Below, one piece after another: positions 18,392 to 28,257 of a DNA stretch of 64,000 bases. Positions within the stretch are counted from its first letter, which is position 1, and the number at the start of each line of letters is the position of its first letter. Position numbers and translations under genes: made by a program. Source of the stretch: Acetatifactor sp. (lineage in GTDB: Bacteria > Bacillota > Clostridia > Lachnospirales > Lachnospiraceae); assembly GCA_041838515.1 (NCBI GenBank), contig JBGYPP010000018.1, forward strand, positions 25,034-89,033. The letters run 5' to 3'. A model generated the notes under the pieces. That model was not told the DNA's origin. It saw nothing but the letters and a program-made list of their open reading frames with translations, and made no database searches.

Positions 18392-18420
18392 TTGAAAAGG
18401 CACAGTAATTTTGATAAGGT
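18392..18420 (+). promoter_or_regulatory. candidate sigma-A promoter for the low-GC cassette (TTGAAA-17-TAAGGT)
   Basis: Hexamers with a 17-nt spacer, about 45 nt upstream of the SD+ATG at 18467. Confidence 0.3.
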
Positions 18421-18498
18421 ATGAGTGAAACCTGGGAACAATTCATAAATGAAGTAGGGAGTATGTATGAAAAGGATTTTTAGAATGCTTGTCGCGTT

Positions 18499-18972
18499 TT
18501 GCTGATTTCATGTCTGGGTTGTGGCATTTTTAACTCTGTACAAGTACAAGCACAGATCATGAGAAAACCTGTAGTGAAAGCTTGGCCTGGTAGGCCAGGA
18601 GGGAATGGGGATGGTTCTGAGGAGTGGCTTAAAGGGAATTATGGCGAAACAAATGGGGCCTTTCGATTGGTTGGGTCTTGCTCGGGAATAGTATCAGATC
18701 TTGTTTCTAGAGAAAGAGCATCTCGTAGCATTCGTTTTGCTATTGTGGGTCTTTTGGGTGGAAATTGTCTGCCTGGAACAAGTAAACTGGTGAAATTAGG
18801 GTATGTTACTGTTCTGATCATTGCAGAAGCGGTGTCTGGAGAATACGAAGGAAATGATTTTCGGAGTGAAACATATATTTCAGGCAGGTGTATGAAAACA
18901 ATCATAAAAACCTATGAATACAAAAATTATACAGAGCACAAAAAAACATATGTTAAGTGGACGAAATGGTGA
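18499..18972 (+). CDS. hypothetical secreted/lipoprotein-like protein, cassette A gene 1; the 5' end appears frameshifted relative to an SD+ATG at 18467
   Basis: GGGAG-N7-ATG at 18467 encodes MKRIFRMLVAFC* and stops at 18505. The listed ORF continues in the -1 frame as LLISCLGCGIFNSVQVQAQ..., so joined they read as a signal peptide. The C-terminal about 45 aa are paralogous to ORF 19249..19419. Confidence 0.5.
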   Translation: MLISCLGCGIFNSVQVQAQIMRKPVVKAWPGRPGGNGDGSEEWLKGNYGETNGAFRLVGSCSGIVSDLVSRERASRSIRFAIVGLLGGNCLPGTSKLVKLGYVTVLIIAEAVSGEYEGNDFRSETYISGRCMKTIIKTYEYKNYTEHKKTYVKWTKW

Positions 18973-19235
18973 AAATAATGGAAAAGTATTTGCTGAATTC
19001 CATGCAAGCTTTTTATCTAATCATGTTGATTTTGGGGTACTTCTATGATTACCCTGTGGAAGCTGTTTTTTTTGTATTTATATTTGTGCATTTGATGGAA
19101 ATGGGTTTTTTTGTCTTAATACGTAACAAGGGAAAAAGGGATTTTTCTGAACTCTTTGCCAGCCTGGTGGTGGTTGTCTTTTTGATGGTGTGGATGGCAT
19201 TGCAAGTGTTGGTATTTAGCGGAGTGGTGGCCTGA
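18957..19235 (+). CDS. small 3-TM membrane protein, cassette A gene 2 (translationally coupled)
   Basis: ATG 18966 overlaps the upstream stop (ATGGTGA). About 89 aa with three hydrophobic segments. Paralogous architecture to 19404..19667. Confidence 0.55.
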   Translation: MDEMVKIMEKYLLNSMQAFYLIMLILGYFYDYPVEAVFFVFIFVHLMEMGFFVLIRNKGKRDFSELFASLVVVVFLMVWMALQVLVFSGVVA

Positions 19236-19248
19236 AAGGAGAAAAGAA

Positions 19249-19419
19249 ATGAGAAAAAATATGGAAATAAAGGGCAGCATTGGGTCTGCAATAGAAGGTA
19301 ATGATGATAAATACACAACATCCATTTCTGGAAGATGTATGAAAACGGAGATAACCACATATGAATTGAAAAAGGATACTGGCTATAGGTATTCTTATAT
19401 CCGGTGGACGAGATGGTAA
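19249..19419 (+). CDS. 56-aa hypothetical protein, cassette B gene 1 (below the ORF-track cutoff)
   Basis: AAAGGAG SD, then ATG 19249. Product: MRKNMEIKGSIGSAIEGNDDKYTTSISGRCMKTEITTYELKKDTGYRYSYIRWTRW. Shares EGND...ISGRCMKTxIxTYExK...Y..WTxW with the C-terminus of ORF 18499..18972. Confidence 0.5.
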   Translation: MRKNMEIKGSIGSAIEGNDDKYTTSISGRCMKTEITTYELKKDTGYRYSYIRWTRW

Positions 19420-19667
19420 AGAGAGTCGCAGAATCCTTGTTGCTAAAGTCAAGCAATCTGATTTTTATCCTTTCCTTGCTGTGGTTGCAGGAGGAAAGGC
19501 AGGAATACCGATGGGCCTGTCTGTATGTCTTTGACGTCTGCCTGGCCAGCAGTATTTTTTACCTGGCGACAAGAAAGGCCGGCGAGGTGGACAAAAAGAA
19601 AATTGTGCAGATGTTGCTTTTTTGCATAGGCATACTGGCCTGGTATTATTATGGGCCTTGGACGTAG
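19404..19667 (+). CDS. small 3-TM membrane protein, cassette B gene 2 (translationally coupled)
   Basis: ATG 19413 overlaps the upstream stop (ATGGTAA), the same geometry as cassette A. About 84 aa with three hydrophobic segments. Confidence 0.55.
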   Translation: MDEMVKRVAESLLLKSSNLIFILSLLWLQEERQEYRWACLYVFDVCLASSIFYLATRKAGEVDKKKIVQMLLFCIGILAWYYYGPWT

Positions 19668-19704
19668 AGGGGCCAAGGATTCTATAGCATATGGCTGGGG
19701 GGGA

Positions 19705-19747
19705 GCGCGCGCCGGAGCTGGTGTATGGCCTGGCGCGCATTTTTTTC
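19705..19747 (+). terminator. intrinsic terminator closing the low-GC island
   Basis: gcgcgcc...ggcgcgc stem followed by attttttt. Confidence 0.55.
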
Positions 19748-19918
19748 GTGAAGGCTGGGGGTATGCAATCCCTTTTCGCTCTGTATATGCCTGTGCCGTA
19801 CACCCAAGGCCGCCTTGCAATTTCCCCTATTTTTCGGTATAGTTTCTTCATATGGCGAGGGGTCAATCTCGCCTGGGCGGCAGAGTTTTGTCAGGCGGAG
19901 CCAGGAATAGGAGAGATT

Positions 19919-22900
19919 ATGTTCGATAAAGTGAATCCCAATTTGCATTTCGTGGAAAATGAAAAGGCCATAGAGGCCTTGTGGCGGGAGAGGGATGTCT
20001 TTCGCAAGAGTATGGATATGCGCAAGGGTGGGCCTTGCTTTACCTTTTATGACGGGCCGCCTACGGCCAATGGCAAGCCCCATATAGGGCATGTGGAAAC
20101 CCGCACCATCAAGGATATGATCCCCAGGTACAGGGCCATGAAGGGGGCCTATGTGCCCCGCAAGGCGGGCTGGGATACCCACGGCCTGCCGGTGGAGCTG
20201 GAGGTGGAGAAGCTGCTGGGTCTGGATGGCAAGGAGCAGATAGAGGAATACGGCCTGGCGCCCTTTATAGACAAGTGCAAGGAGAGCGTTTGGAAGTATA
20301 AGGGCATGTGGGAGGATTTCTCCGCCACAGTGGGATTTTGGGCGGATATGGACAATCCTTATGTAACCTATCACGATGATTATATAGAGTCTGTGTGGTG
20401 GGCCCTGCGCAAGATTTGGGATCAGGGTCTTTTGTACAAGGGATTCAAGATCGTTCCCTATTGCCCCCGCTGCGGCACGCCCCTCTCCAGCCATGAGGTG
20501 GCCCAGGGGTACAAGGACGTGAAAGAGCGTTCGGCCATAGTCCGCTTCCCCTTGGTAGACGAGGATGCGTACATACTGGCCTGGACCACCACGCCCTGGA
20601 CCCTGCCCTCCAATGTGGCCCTGTGCGTCAATCCCCAGGAGGCCTACGCCAAGGTGAAGGCGGCAGACGGCAAGGTGTATTACCTGGCCCAGGCTCTGTT
20701 GGATGCGGTTTTGGGCGGCATACCCAGGGAGGAGGGGCAGCCGGCCTATACCCTGTTGTCTGCTTGCCAGGGCAAGGATTTGGAGCATAGGGAGTACAAG
20801 CCCTTGTTTGGAGCGGCGGCAAAAATTGCCGCCCAGCAGGGCAAGAAGGGCTTCTTTGTCACCTGTGATGGGTATGTAACCCTGACAGACGGCACTGGCG
20901 TGGTGCATACGGCGCCGGCCTTTGGTGAGGACGATGCGCGCATAGGCCGCCTGTATGACCTGCCCTTTGTCCAGCTGGTGGACGGCAAGGGCGAGATGAC
21001 GGCGGATACGGATTACGCCGGTATGTTTTGCAAGGAGGCGGATGGGGCCATACTCAAGGATTTGGATGCCTGGGGGCTGCTCTTTGCCGCTCCCAAGTTT
21101 GAGCACAGCTATCCCCATTGCTGGCGCTGCGACACGCCGCTGATCTACTACGCCCGGGAGAGCTGGTTCGTACAGATGAGCGCCGTCAAGGACAGGCTTA
21201 TAGCCAATAACAATACCATCAACTGGATACCCCCCTCCATAGGCAAGGGGCGTTTTGGGGATTGGCTGGAGAATATCCAGGACTGGAGCATATCCCGCAA
21301 CCGGTATTGGGGCACGCCGCTGAATGTCTGGGAATGCGCCTGTGGCCATACCCATGCCGTGGGCAGCCGGCAGGAACTGGCGGAGCTGTCAGGCAAGCCG
21401 GAGTATGCCCAGGTGGAGCTGCACAGGCCCTATATAGATGAAGTAGAATTTCCTTGTCCCAAGTGCGGTCAGAGCATGCGGCGGGTGCCGGAGGTGATAG
21501 ACTGCTGGTTTGATTCCGGGGCCATGCCCTTTGCCCAGCACCACTATCCCTTTGAAAATAAGGAGCTTTTTGAAAGCCAATTCCCGGCGCAGTTTATCTC
21601 CGAGGCTGTGGACCAGACCCGGGGATGGTTCTACTCCCTGCTGGCCATATCCACACTGCTCTTTGACAAGGCCCCTTATGAAAATGTGCTGGTGATGGGC
21701 CATGTGCAGGACGAAAACGGCCAGAAGATGAGCAAGTCCAAGGGCAATGCCGTGGATCCCTTTGAGGCCCTGGAAACCTATGGCGCCGACGCCATACGCT
21801 GGTATTTCTACACCAGCTCCGCCCCCTGGCTGCCCAAGCGTTTCTCGGGCAAGTTGGTGATGGAGGGCCAGCGCAAGGTCATGGGCACGCTGTGGAATAC
21901 CTATGCCTTTTTCGTATTGTACGCCAATATAGACGGCTTTGACCCCAAGGCGCACCGCCTGGAGCCGGAAAAGCTGGGGGTGATGGATAGGTGGCTGCTC
22001 TCCAGGCTGTACAGCACGGTGGCTTCTGTGGATGCGGATTTGGAGCGTTATGCCATACCCGAGGCCGGCCGCGCCATAGCCGAGTTCGTGGACGGCATGA
22101 GCAACTGGTATGTGCGCCGCAGCCGGGAGCGCTTCTGGGCCAAGGGCATGGAGCAGGACAAGATCAATGCGTATATGACGCTGTATACGGCGCTGGTGGA
22201 GCTGTGCAAGCTGGCGGCGCCTATGATACCCTTTATCACCGAGGCCATATACCAGAATCTGGTGTGCAAGGCCGATGCCCAGGCTCCGGAGAGCGTACAT
22301 CTGTGCGATTATCCCCAGGCCAGGCCGGAGCTGACAGATACCGCCCTGGAGGCGGATATGGCCCTGCTGCTGGATCTGGTGGTGCTGGGCCGTGCCTGCC
22401 GCAATGAGGCGCTGATCAAAAACCGTCAGCCTGTGGCCACCCTCTATGTGGCCGGGGATCAGGAACTGCCGGATTTCTGTGTGGACATACTTAAGGAGGA
22501 GTTGAATGTCAAGCAGGTGGAGCTGACCCGGGATGCAGGCGCTTTTGCCAACTACAGCTTTAAGCCCCAACTGCGCACTCTGGGGCCGAAGTATGGCAAG
22601 AGGCTGGGCCTGATACAGAAAGCGCTGGCCGCCCTGGAGGGCAATGCCGCCATGGCGGAGTTGGAGAGGGAGGGCGCCATACGCTTGGATTTGGACGGGG
22701 AGGAGGTACGTCTGGCCCGGGAGGATCTGTTGATAGAAACCGGCCGCAAGGAGGGATTTATCAGCGCCTGCGAGGGCGGGCATACAGTGGTGCTGGATAT
22801 ACGCCTCAGCCAGGATTTGCTGGAGGAGGGATATGTGCTGGAGCTGATCTCCAAGATACAGACCATGCGCAAGGAGGCGGATTTTGAGGTTACAGACCAT

Positions 22901-23077
22901 ATCCGTGTGGGCATATCCGGCTCTGTCTTGTTGGAGGAATTGATGGAGAAGCATTGGGCGGCCATAGGCGGCAAGGTGTTGGGAGATGCCTTTTTGCCGG
23001 GCCAGGCGCTGGCCGCGTCCAAGGACTGGGATATCAACGGGCAGCTGGTCTGCTTGTCTATAGAGAGGATACGTTGA
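19919..23077 (+). CDS. ileS: isoleucine--tRNA ligase (long, about 1052 aa form)
   Basis: PPTANGKPHIGH (HIGH motif), KMSKSKGN (KMSKS motif), editing-domain TTTPWTLPSN. ATG 19919 follows AGGAATAGGAGAG; the listed ORF start 19691 is upstream read-through. Confidence 0.95.
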   Translation: MFDKVNPNLHFVENEKAIEALWRERDVFRKSMDMRKGGPCFTFYDGPPTANGKPHIGHVETRTIKDMIPRYRAMKGAYVPRKAGWDTHGLPVELEVEKLLGLDGKEQIEEYGLAPFIDKCKESVWKYKGMWEDFSATVGFWADMDNPYVTYHDDYIESVWWALRKIWDQGLLYKGFKIVPYCPRCGTPLSSHEVAQGYKDVKERSAIVRFPLVDEDAYILAWTTTPWTLPSNVALCVNPQEAYAKVKAADGKVYYLAQALLDAVLGGIPREEGQPAYTLLSACQGKDLEHREYKPLFGAAAKIAAQQGKKGFFVTCDGYVTLTDGTGVVHTAPAFGEDDARIGRLYDLPFVQLVDGKGEMTADTDYAGMFCKEADGAILKDLDAWGLLFAAPKFEHSYPHCWRCDTPLIYYARESWFVQMSAVKDRLIANNNTINWIPPSIGKGRFGDWLENIQDWSISRNRYWGTPLNVWECACGHTHAVGSRQELAELSGKPEYAQVELHRPYIDEVEFPCPKCGQSMRRVPEVIDCWFDSGAMPFAQHHYPFENKELFESQFPAQFISEAVDQTRGWFYSLLAISTLLFDKAPYENVLVMGHVQDENGQKMSKSKGNAVDPFEALETYGADAIRWYFYTSSAPWLPKRFSGKLVMEGQRKVMGTLWNTYAFFVLYANIDGFDPKAHRLEPEKLGVMDRWLLSRLYSTVASVDADLERYAIPEAGRAIAEFVDGMSNWYVRRSRERFWAKGMEQDKINAYMTLYTALVELCKLAAPMIPFITEAIYQNLVCKADAQAPESVHLCDYPQARPELTDTALEADMALLLDLVVLGRACRNEALIKNRQPVATLYVAGDQELPDFCVDILKEELNVKQVELTRDAGAFANYSFKPQLRTLGPKYGKRLGLIQKALAALEGNAAMAELEREGAIRLDLDGEEVRLAREDLLIETGRKEGFISACEGGHTVVLDIRLSQDLLEEGYVLELISKIQTMRKEADFEVTDHIRVGISGSVLLEELMEKHWAAIGGKVLGDAFLPGQALAASKDWDINGQLVCLSIERIR

Positions 23078-23139
23078 CCGGGGCAGGGCCTCTGACATTG
23101 TGGGATGTCGGGGGCTCTGTTTTTGGGGAAAAGTCCTCC

Positions 23140-23168
23140 TTGGCTTTGGACAGAAAATTTGTTATGAT
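23140..23168 (+). promoter_or_regulatory. candidate promoter of glgP (TTGGCT-17-TATGAT, TGn-extended)
   Basis: Hexamers read directly, about 110 nt upstream of the GTG start. Confidence 0.35.
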
Positions 23169-23280
23169 GAAAATTGCTACAAATAAGCTCTCGGAATGGC
23201 GGAGAGGCCTCAGGAGTAGGCCTGTCCGGTGTGTGTGGGGGAGAGGGGAGTCTAGGGCAGCCTAGAGAAGGAGGAGAAGC

Positions 23281-25812
23281 GTGGTATCCAAAAAGGAGAT
23301 TCCCGGCCAGCCCATCAGCGGGCTAGCGGCCAAGTCCAAATTTGACAAGGAATTGTTTAAGCGCAGCGTACTGTACAATATCAAGACCTTGTACCGCAAG
23401 ACCTTGGAAGAGGCGGACGAGCAGCAGATTTACCAAGCCGTGGCATATGCGATCAAGGATCAGATTATAGATGCTTGGATGGACACGCAGAAGGCATATG
23501 AGGCACAGGATGCCAAGATTTTGTACTATATGTCTATGGAATTTTTGATAGGCCGCGCCCTGGGTAATAATCTGATCAATATGATGGCCTATAAGGAGGC
23601 CAGGGAGGCTCTGGAGGAGTTAAAGATAGATATCAATGCCATAGAGGATCAGGAGCCGGACGCCGCGCTGGGCAATGGCGGCCTGGGTCGCTTGGCCGCC
23701 TGCTTTTTGGATTCGCTGGCCACGCTGGGCTATGCCACTTACGGCTGTGGCATACGCTATCATTACGGTATGTTCAAACAGAGGATTAAGGACGGCTACC
23801 AGGTAGAGGTGCCGGACCACTGGCTGGCCAATGGCAATCCCTTTGAGCTGCGCCGCCCGGAATACGCCAAGGAGATCAAATTCGGCGGATATGTGCAGGT
23901 GCGGGTGGATGAACAGGGCCGCAATGTCTTTGTTCAGGAGGATTACCAGTCTGTCAAGGCCGTTCCCTATGACCTTCCGGTGGTGGGATATGGCAATGGC
24001 ATAGTGGATACGCTGCGCATATGGGATGCGGAGCCGGTGGAGTGCTTCCATCTGGACTCCTTTGACAAGGGGGATTACCGCAAGGCGGTGGAACAGGAAA
24101 ATCTGGCCCGCAATATCACCGAGGTGCTGTATCCTAATGACAACCACTATGCCGGCAAGGAGCTGAGGCTCAAGCAGCAGTATTTCTTTATCTCCGCCTC
24201 CGTACAGGCAGCCGTGGAGAAGTATTTGAAAAATCATAAGGATATCAAAAAATTCCACGAAAAGGTGGCGTTCCAGTTGAATGACACCCATCCCACCGTG
24301 GCCATACCAGAGTTGATGCGCATACTGATGGACGAGCATTTCCTCTCCTGGGAGGAGGCCTGGGAGGTCACCTGCAAGACCTGCGCCTACACCAACCACA
24401 CCATTATGGCCGAGGCTTTGGAAAAGTGGCCCATAGAGCTGTTCTCCCGCCTGCTGCCCAGGGTGTACCAGATCGTGGAGGAGATTAACCGCCGATTTAT
24501 AGAGGATATACACCGCCGCTACGACGGCCAGCACGGCGTGAACGTACAGGACAAGATCCGTGCCATGGCCATTATTTACGACGGTCAGGTCAAGATGGCC
24601 CATATGGCCATAGTGGCCGGGTATTCCGTCAATGGGGTGGCCTGGCTGCACACGGAGATACTCAAGAAACAGGAGCTGAGGGATTTCTATGAGATGTTCC
24701 CGGAGCGCTTTAACAATAAGACCAACGGCATTACCCAGAGGCGTTTCCTCCTCCACGGCAATCCCTTGCTGGCAGAGTGGGTCAGCCGTTATGCCGGGGA
24801 TGAGTGGGTGACGGATCTGCCTCAAATATCCCGCCTCAAGGTCTATGTGGACGATACAAAGGCACAGCAGGAGTTCCTTAATATTAAATACCGCAACAAG
24901 GTGCGGCTGGCCAAGTACATAGAGAAGCACAACGGCATAGAGGTGAACCCCCGCTCTATCTTTGACGTACAGGTAAAGCGCCTGCATGAGTACAAGCGGC
25001 AGCTGCTGAATATACTCCATGTGATGCATTTGTATAACCAGCTCAAGGACCATCCGGAGATGGAGTTCTATCCACGCACCTTTATTTTCGGCGCCAAGGC
25101 GGCGGCCGGATACCTGAACGCCAAGCTGACCATCAAATTGATCAATGCCGTGGCGCAGGTGGTCAACAACGATGGGGCCTTAAACGGCAGGCTCAAGGTC
25201 GTGTTTATAGAGAATTACAATGTGTCCAATGCGGAGATTATCTTTGCGGCGGCAGATGTGTCGGAGCAGATTTCCACGGCTTCCAAGGAGGCCTCCGGCA
25301 CCGGCAATATGAAATTTATGCTCAACGGAGCGCTGACCATAGGCACTATGGACGGAGCCAATGTGGAGATAGTTGAGGAGGTGGGGGAGGAGAACGCCTT
25401 TATCTTCGGACTCAGCTCCGATGAGGTCATACGGTATGAGAACTATGGCGGTTACCATCCCATGGAGATCTTTAACAACGATCCGGATGTGCGCAGAGTC
25501 ATGATGCAGCTGATCAACGGCACCTACTCTCCTGGGGATCCGGAGCTGTTCCGCCCTCTGTACAATGCCTTGCTCAACGGCCAGGGCGCGGCCAGGCCGG
25601 ATACCTACTTTATTCTCAAGGACTTCCAGTCCTATGCTCAGGCGCAGAAGCGGGTGGAACAGGCGTACAGGGACGAGAAGGGCTGGGCTAGGGCAGCCAT
25701 GATGAATGTGGCCTGCAGCGGCAAGTTCACCTCTGACCGGACCATACAGCAGTATGTAGACGAGATTTGGCATTTGGACAAGGTGGTTCTGCCGGCCAAG
25801 CGTTTGCGCTAA
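23281..25812 (+). CDS. glgP: glycogen/maltodextrin (alpha-glucan) phosphorylase
   Basis: 843 aa. ...[21 protein letters not shown]... and the PLP-lysine region ...[27 protein letters not shown]... are canonical GT35 motifs. GAAGGAGGAG SD before the GTG. Confidence 0.95.
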   Translation: MVSKKEIPGQPISGLAAKSKFDKELFKRSVLYNIKTLYRKTLEEADEQQIYQAVAYAIKDQIIDAWMDTQKAYEAQDAKILYYMSMEFLIGRALGNNLINMMAYKEAREALEELKIDINAIEDQEPDAALGNGGLGRLAACFLDSLATLGYATYGCGIRYHYGMFKQRIKDGYQVEVPDHWLANGNPFELRRPEYAKEIKFGGYVQVRVDEQGRNVFVQEDYQSVKAVPYDLPVVGYGNGIVDTLRIWDAEPVECFHLDSFDKGDYRKAVEQENLARNITEVLYPNDNHYAGKELRLKQQYFFISASVQAAVEKYLKNHKDIKKFHEKVAFQLNDTHPTVAIPELMRILMDEHFLSWEEAWEVTCKTCAYTNHTIMAEALEKWPIELFSRLLPRVYQIVEEINRRFIEDIHRRYDGQHGVNVQDKIRAMAIIYDGQVKMAHMAIVAGYSVNGVAWLHTEILKKQELRDFYEMFPERFNNKTNGITQRRFLLHGNPLLAEWVSRYAGDEWVTDLPQISRLKVYVDDTKAQQEFLNIKYRNKVRLAKYIEKHNGIEVNPRSIFDVQVKRLHEYKRQLLNILHVMHLYNQLKDHPEMEFYPRTFIFGAKAAAGYLNAKLTIKLINAVAQVVNNDGALNGRLKVVFIENYNVSNAEIIFAAADVSEQISTASKEASGTGNMKFMLNGALTIGTMDGANVEIVEEVGEENAFIFGLSSDEVIRYENYGGYHPMEIFNNDPDVRRVMMQLINGTYSPGDPELFRPLYNALLNGQGAARPDTYFILKDFQSYAQAQKRVEQAYRDEKGWARAAMMNVACSGKFTSDRTIQQYVDEIWHLDKVVLPAKRLR

Positions 25813-25891
25813 GACTGGCGGCAGATCTGAGGGAGAGGGGCTATCCCATGGACGGGAAGCCCCTTTTCCATCCTGGAAAAAAGGAGATGCT

Positions 25892-28165
25892 ATGGTAAAA
25901 ATTTGGGAACAGGGCGGATATTGGACTAAGGAAGGGCAGATACTGCCCGCAGAGGCGTTGGAGAAGGGGGATATCTCCGGACGGCGGGAGGCAGCCAAGG
26001 GTACTATAGCCTATGGGATATTGGAGAGGCACAATACGGCTCCGGATATGGAGAAGCTGCAGATCCGCTTTGACTCTCTGGCCTCCCACGATATCACCTT
26101 TGTGGGCATAATACAGACGGCCAGGGCCTCGGGCCTGGAGCGGTTTCCCATGCCCTATGTGCTGACCAATTGCCACAATTCCCTCTGTGCAGTGGGAGGT
26201 ACTATCAACGAGGACGACCATATGTTTGGACTGTCCTGCGCCAAGCGCTATGGCGGCATATATGTGCCTCCCCACCAGGCTGTTATACACCAGTATGAGA
26301 GGGAGCAGATGGCCCAGGCCGGAGGTATGATACTGGGTTCAGATTCCCATACGCGCTATGGCGCGCTGGGCACTCTGGCCATGGGGGAGGGCGGGCCGGA
26401 GCTGGTGAAGCAGCTGCTGGGCCAGACCTATGATATAGACCGGCCCCAAGTGGCAGCCATTTATTTGAGCGGCACAGTGGTAGAGGGCGTGGGACCTCAG
26501 GATGTGGCCCTGGCCATCATAGGCCAGGTCTTTGCCAAGGGAACGGTAAAGAACAGGATAATGGAATTTGTCGGCCCCGGCGTGGCCGGCCTGTCGGCGG
26601 ATTTCCGCATAGGGGTGGATGTAATGACCACGGAAACCACCTGCCTTTCCTCCATCTGGCAGACGGATGGCCTTATAGAGGAGTATTACAGCATTCACGG
26701 GCGGCCGGAGGCCTATAAGGAGCTGAGGCCGGCGGAAGGGGCATATTATGACATCGTGGTGGAGGTGGATCTGGGCGCCATTCGTCCTATGATAGCCATG
26801 CCCTTCCATCCTAGCAATACATATACCATAGAAGAATTGAATGAAAATCTGGAGGATCTGCTGCCCATCTGTCAGGAGAAGGCCCAGGAGGCGTTGGGAG
26901 AGGGGGCCAGGTTGGACTGGGCCTCTAAGGTAAAGAATGGCCGTTTCCTGGTGGATCAGGGTATAATCGCCGGCTGTTCCGGGGGCTGCTTTGAAAATAT
27001 CTGCCATGCGGCGGATATACTGCGGGGCAAGAACATAGGTTCTGATGCCTTTACGCTGAGCGTATATCCCTCCTCCACCCCCATTTACATGGAGATGGTG
27101 AAAAATGGCGTGGCGGCGGATCTGATGGCCAGCGGCGCCGTGCTAAAGACAGCATTCTGCGGACCCTGTTTTGGCGCCGGGGATACGCCCTCCAATCAGG
27201 GATTTAGCATCAGACATACTACCAGGAATTTCCCCAGCAGGGACGGATCCAAGCCAGGAGCGGGACAGTGGACCAGCGTGGCTCTGATGGATGCCCGCTC
27301 CATAGCAGCAACGGCGGCCCGTGGGGGGTATCTGACTCCGGCTACGGAGTTTACAGGCCGTTTGGGCCAGTACAAGTATTTCTTTGACCAGCGTATCTAT
27401 GCCAACCGCATCTTTGACTCCAAAGGGGTGGCAGATTCCGGGGAGGCCCTGGTCTTTGGCCCCAATATCAAGGACTGGCCCGCCATGCCTGCGCTGCCGG
27501 AAAATCTGCTCCTGCGGGTGGTCAGCGAGATACACGACACAGTCACGACTACGGATGAGCTGATCCCCTCTGGGGAAACCTCCTCTTATCGCTCCAATCC
27601 CCTGGGACTGGCAGAGTTTACCCTTAGCCGCCGGGATCCCGCCTATGTGGGCAGGGCCAAGGAGATGCGGGCTTTGCAGCAGGCCCATATGGAGGGGCTA
27701 GATCCCTGGGCCGTCGGAGAGGGACTGGGTCTGGAGCAGGTCCGGGAGGCCTTGGAGGAGAGGGGGGCCGGCCTGGAGGATCTGGGATTTGGCTCTCTGA
27801 TATTTGCCAACAAGCCCGGGGATGGCTCGGCCAGGGAGCAGGCGGCCTCCTGCCAGCGGGTGCTTGGAGGCTGGGCCAATATAGCCAGGGAATATGCCAC
27901 CAAGCGTTACCGCTCCAATCTCATCAACTGGGGTATGCTGCCCCTGCTTTGGGAGGGTGGGGATCTGCCCTTTGCCAACCTGGATTATATCTACCTGCCG
28001 GACATACGCGCCGCGGTGGAAAGAGGGGAGCAGGGCATAAAGGCTCTGGCCATAGGCTCCGGCGGATGCCGGGAGTTCGCTCTGGCGCTGGGGGAGATGA
28101 CCGCCCAGGAGAGGCAGATCATACTCAAGGGCTGTCTGATCAATTACAATAGGGTGGAATCATAG
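25892..28165 (+). CDS. aconitase-family hydratase (putative aconitate hydratase, 757 aa)
   Basis: GSDSHT, CGPCFG (Fe-S ligand regions) and a swivel-domain [10 protein letters not shown] motif. The domain order is as in monomeric aconitases, but the N-terminus is non-canonical. Confidence 0.7.
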   Translation: MVKIWEQGGYWTKEGQILPAEALEKGDISGRREAAKGTIAYGILERHNTAPDMEKLQIRFDSLASHDITFVGIIQTARASGLERFPMPYVLTNCHNSLCAVGGTINEDDHMFGLSCAKRYGGIYVPPHQAVIHQYEREQMAQAGGMILGSDSHTRYGALGTLAMGEGGPELVKQLLGQTYDIDRPQVAAIYLSGTVVEGVGPQDVALAIIGQVFAKGTVKNRIMEFVGPGVAGLSADFRIGVDVMTTETTCLSSIWQTDGLIEEYYSIHGRPEAYKELRPAEGAYYDIVVEVDLGAIRPMIAMPFHPSNTYTIEELNENLEDLLPICQEKAQEALGEGARLDWASKVKNGRFLVDQGIIAGCSGGCFENICHAADILRGKNIGSDAFTLSVYPSSTPIYMEMVKNGVAADLMASGAVLKTAFCGPCFGAGDTPSNQGFSIRHTTRNFPSRDGSKPGAGQWTSVALMDARSIAATAARGGYLTPATEFTGRLGQYKYFFDQRIYANRIFDSKGVADSGEALVFGPNIKDWPAMPALPENLLLRVVSEIHDTVTTTDELIPSGETSSYRSNPLGLAEFTLSRRDPAYVGRAKEMRALQQAHMEGLDPWAVGEGLGLEQVREALEERGAGLEDLGFGSLIFANKPGDGSAREQAASCQRVLGGWANIAREYATKRYRSNLINWGMLPLLWEGGDLPFANLDYIYLPDIRAAVERGEQGIKALAIGSGGCREFALALGEMTAQERQIILKGCLINYNRVES

Positions 28166-28167
28166 GA

Positions 28168-28207
28168 AAACAGGGCCGCCGCCCGAGTTTGGGGCGACGG
28201 CCCTGTT
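28168..28207. terminator. bidirectional hairpin between the convergent aconitase-family gene and plsC
   Basis: aacagggccgccgccc-gagttt-ggggcgacggccctgtt, one mismatch. Confidence 0.5.
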
Positions 28208-28257
28208 CTTATGTATTTTGGGATGACGAAGAACAATGTGCTGTTCCAGGCCTGCAC

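Noticed and set aside
18157-18441. 94-aa minus-strand ORF spanning the PadR start and the AT-rich intergenic region
   Set aside because: It overlaps the PadR coding start in another frame and runs through promoter DNA. The translation is hydrophobic and low-complexity, typical of AT-rich non-coding sequence.
18250-19700. Mobile-element hallmarks (integrase, transposase, flanking direct or inverted repeats, adjacent tRNA) around the low-GC island
   Set aside because: None found by reading both strands. The island is called only on composition and gene content, not as a defined mobile element.
19690-19918. Expected T-box riboswitch upstream of ileS
   Set aside because: I could not find the conserved T-box core (GGTGGNACCGCG-like) or a specifier-loop arrangement by eye. 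Only a terminator belonging to the upstream island and short hairpins are present. A covariance-model scan is needed to be sure.
19682-23098. Two minus-strand ORFs of 557 and 569 aa opposite ileS
   Set aside because: They are antisense shadows of a clearly identified ileS. The translations are low-complexity with no recognisable domains.
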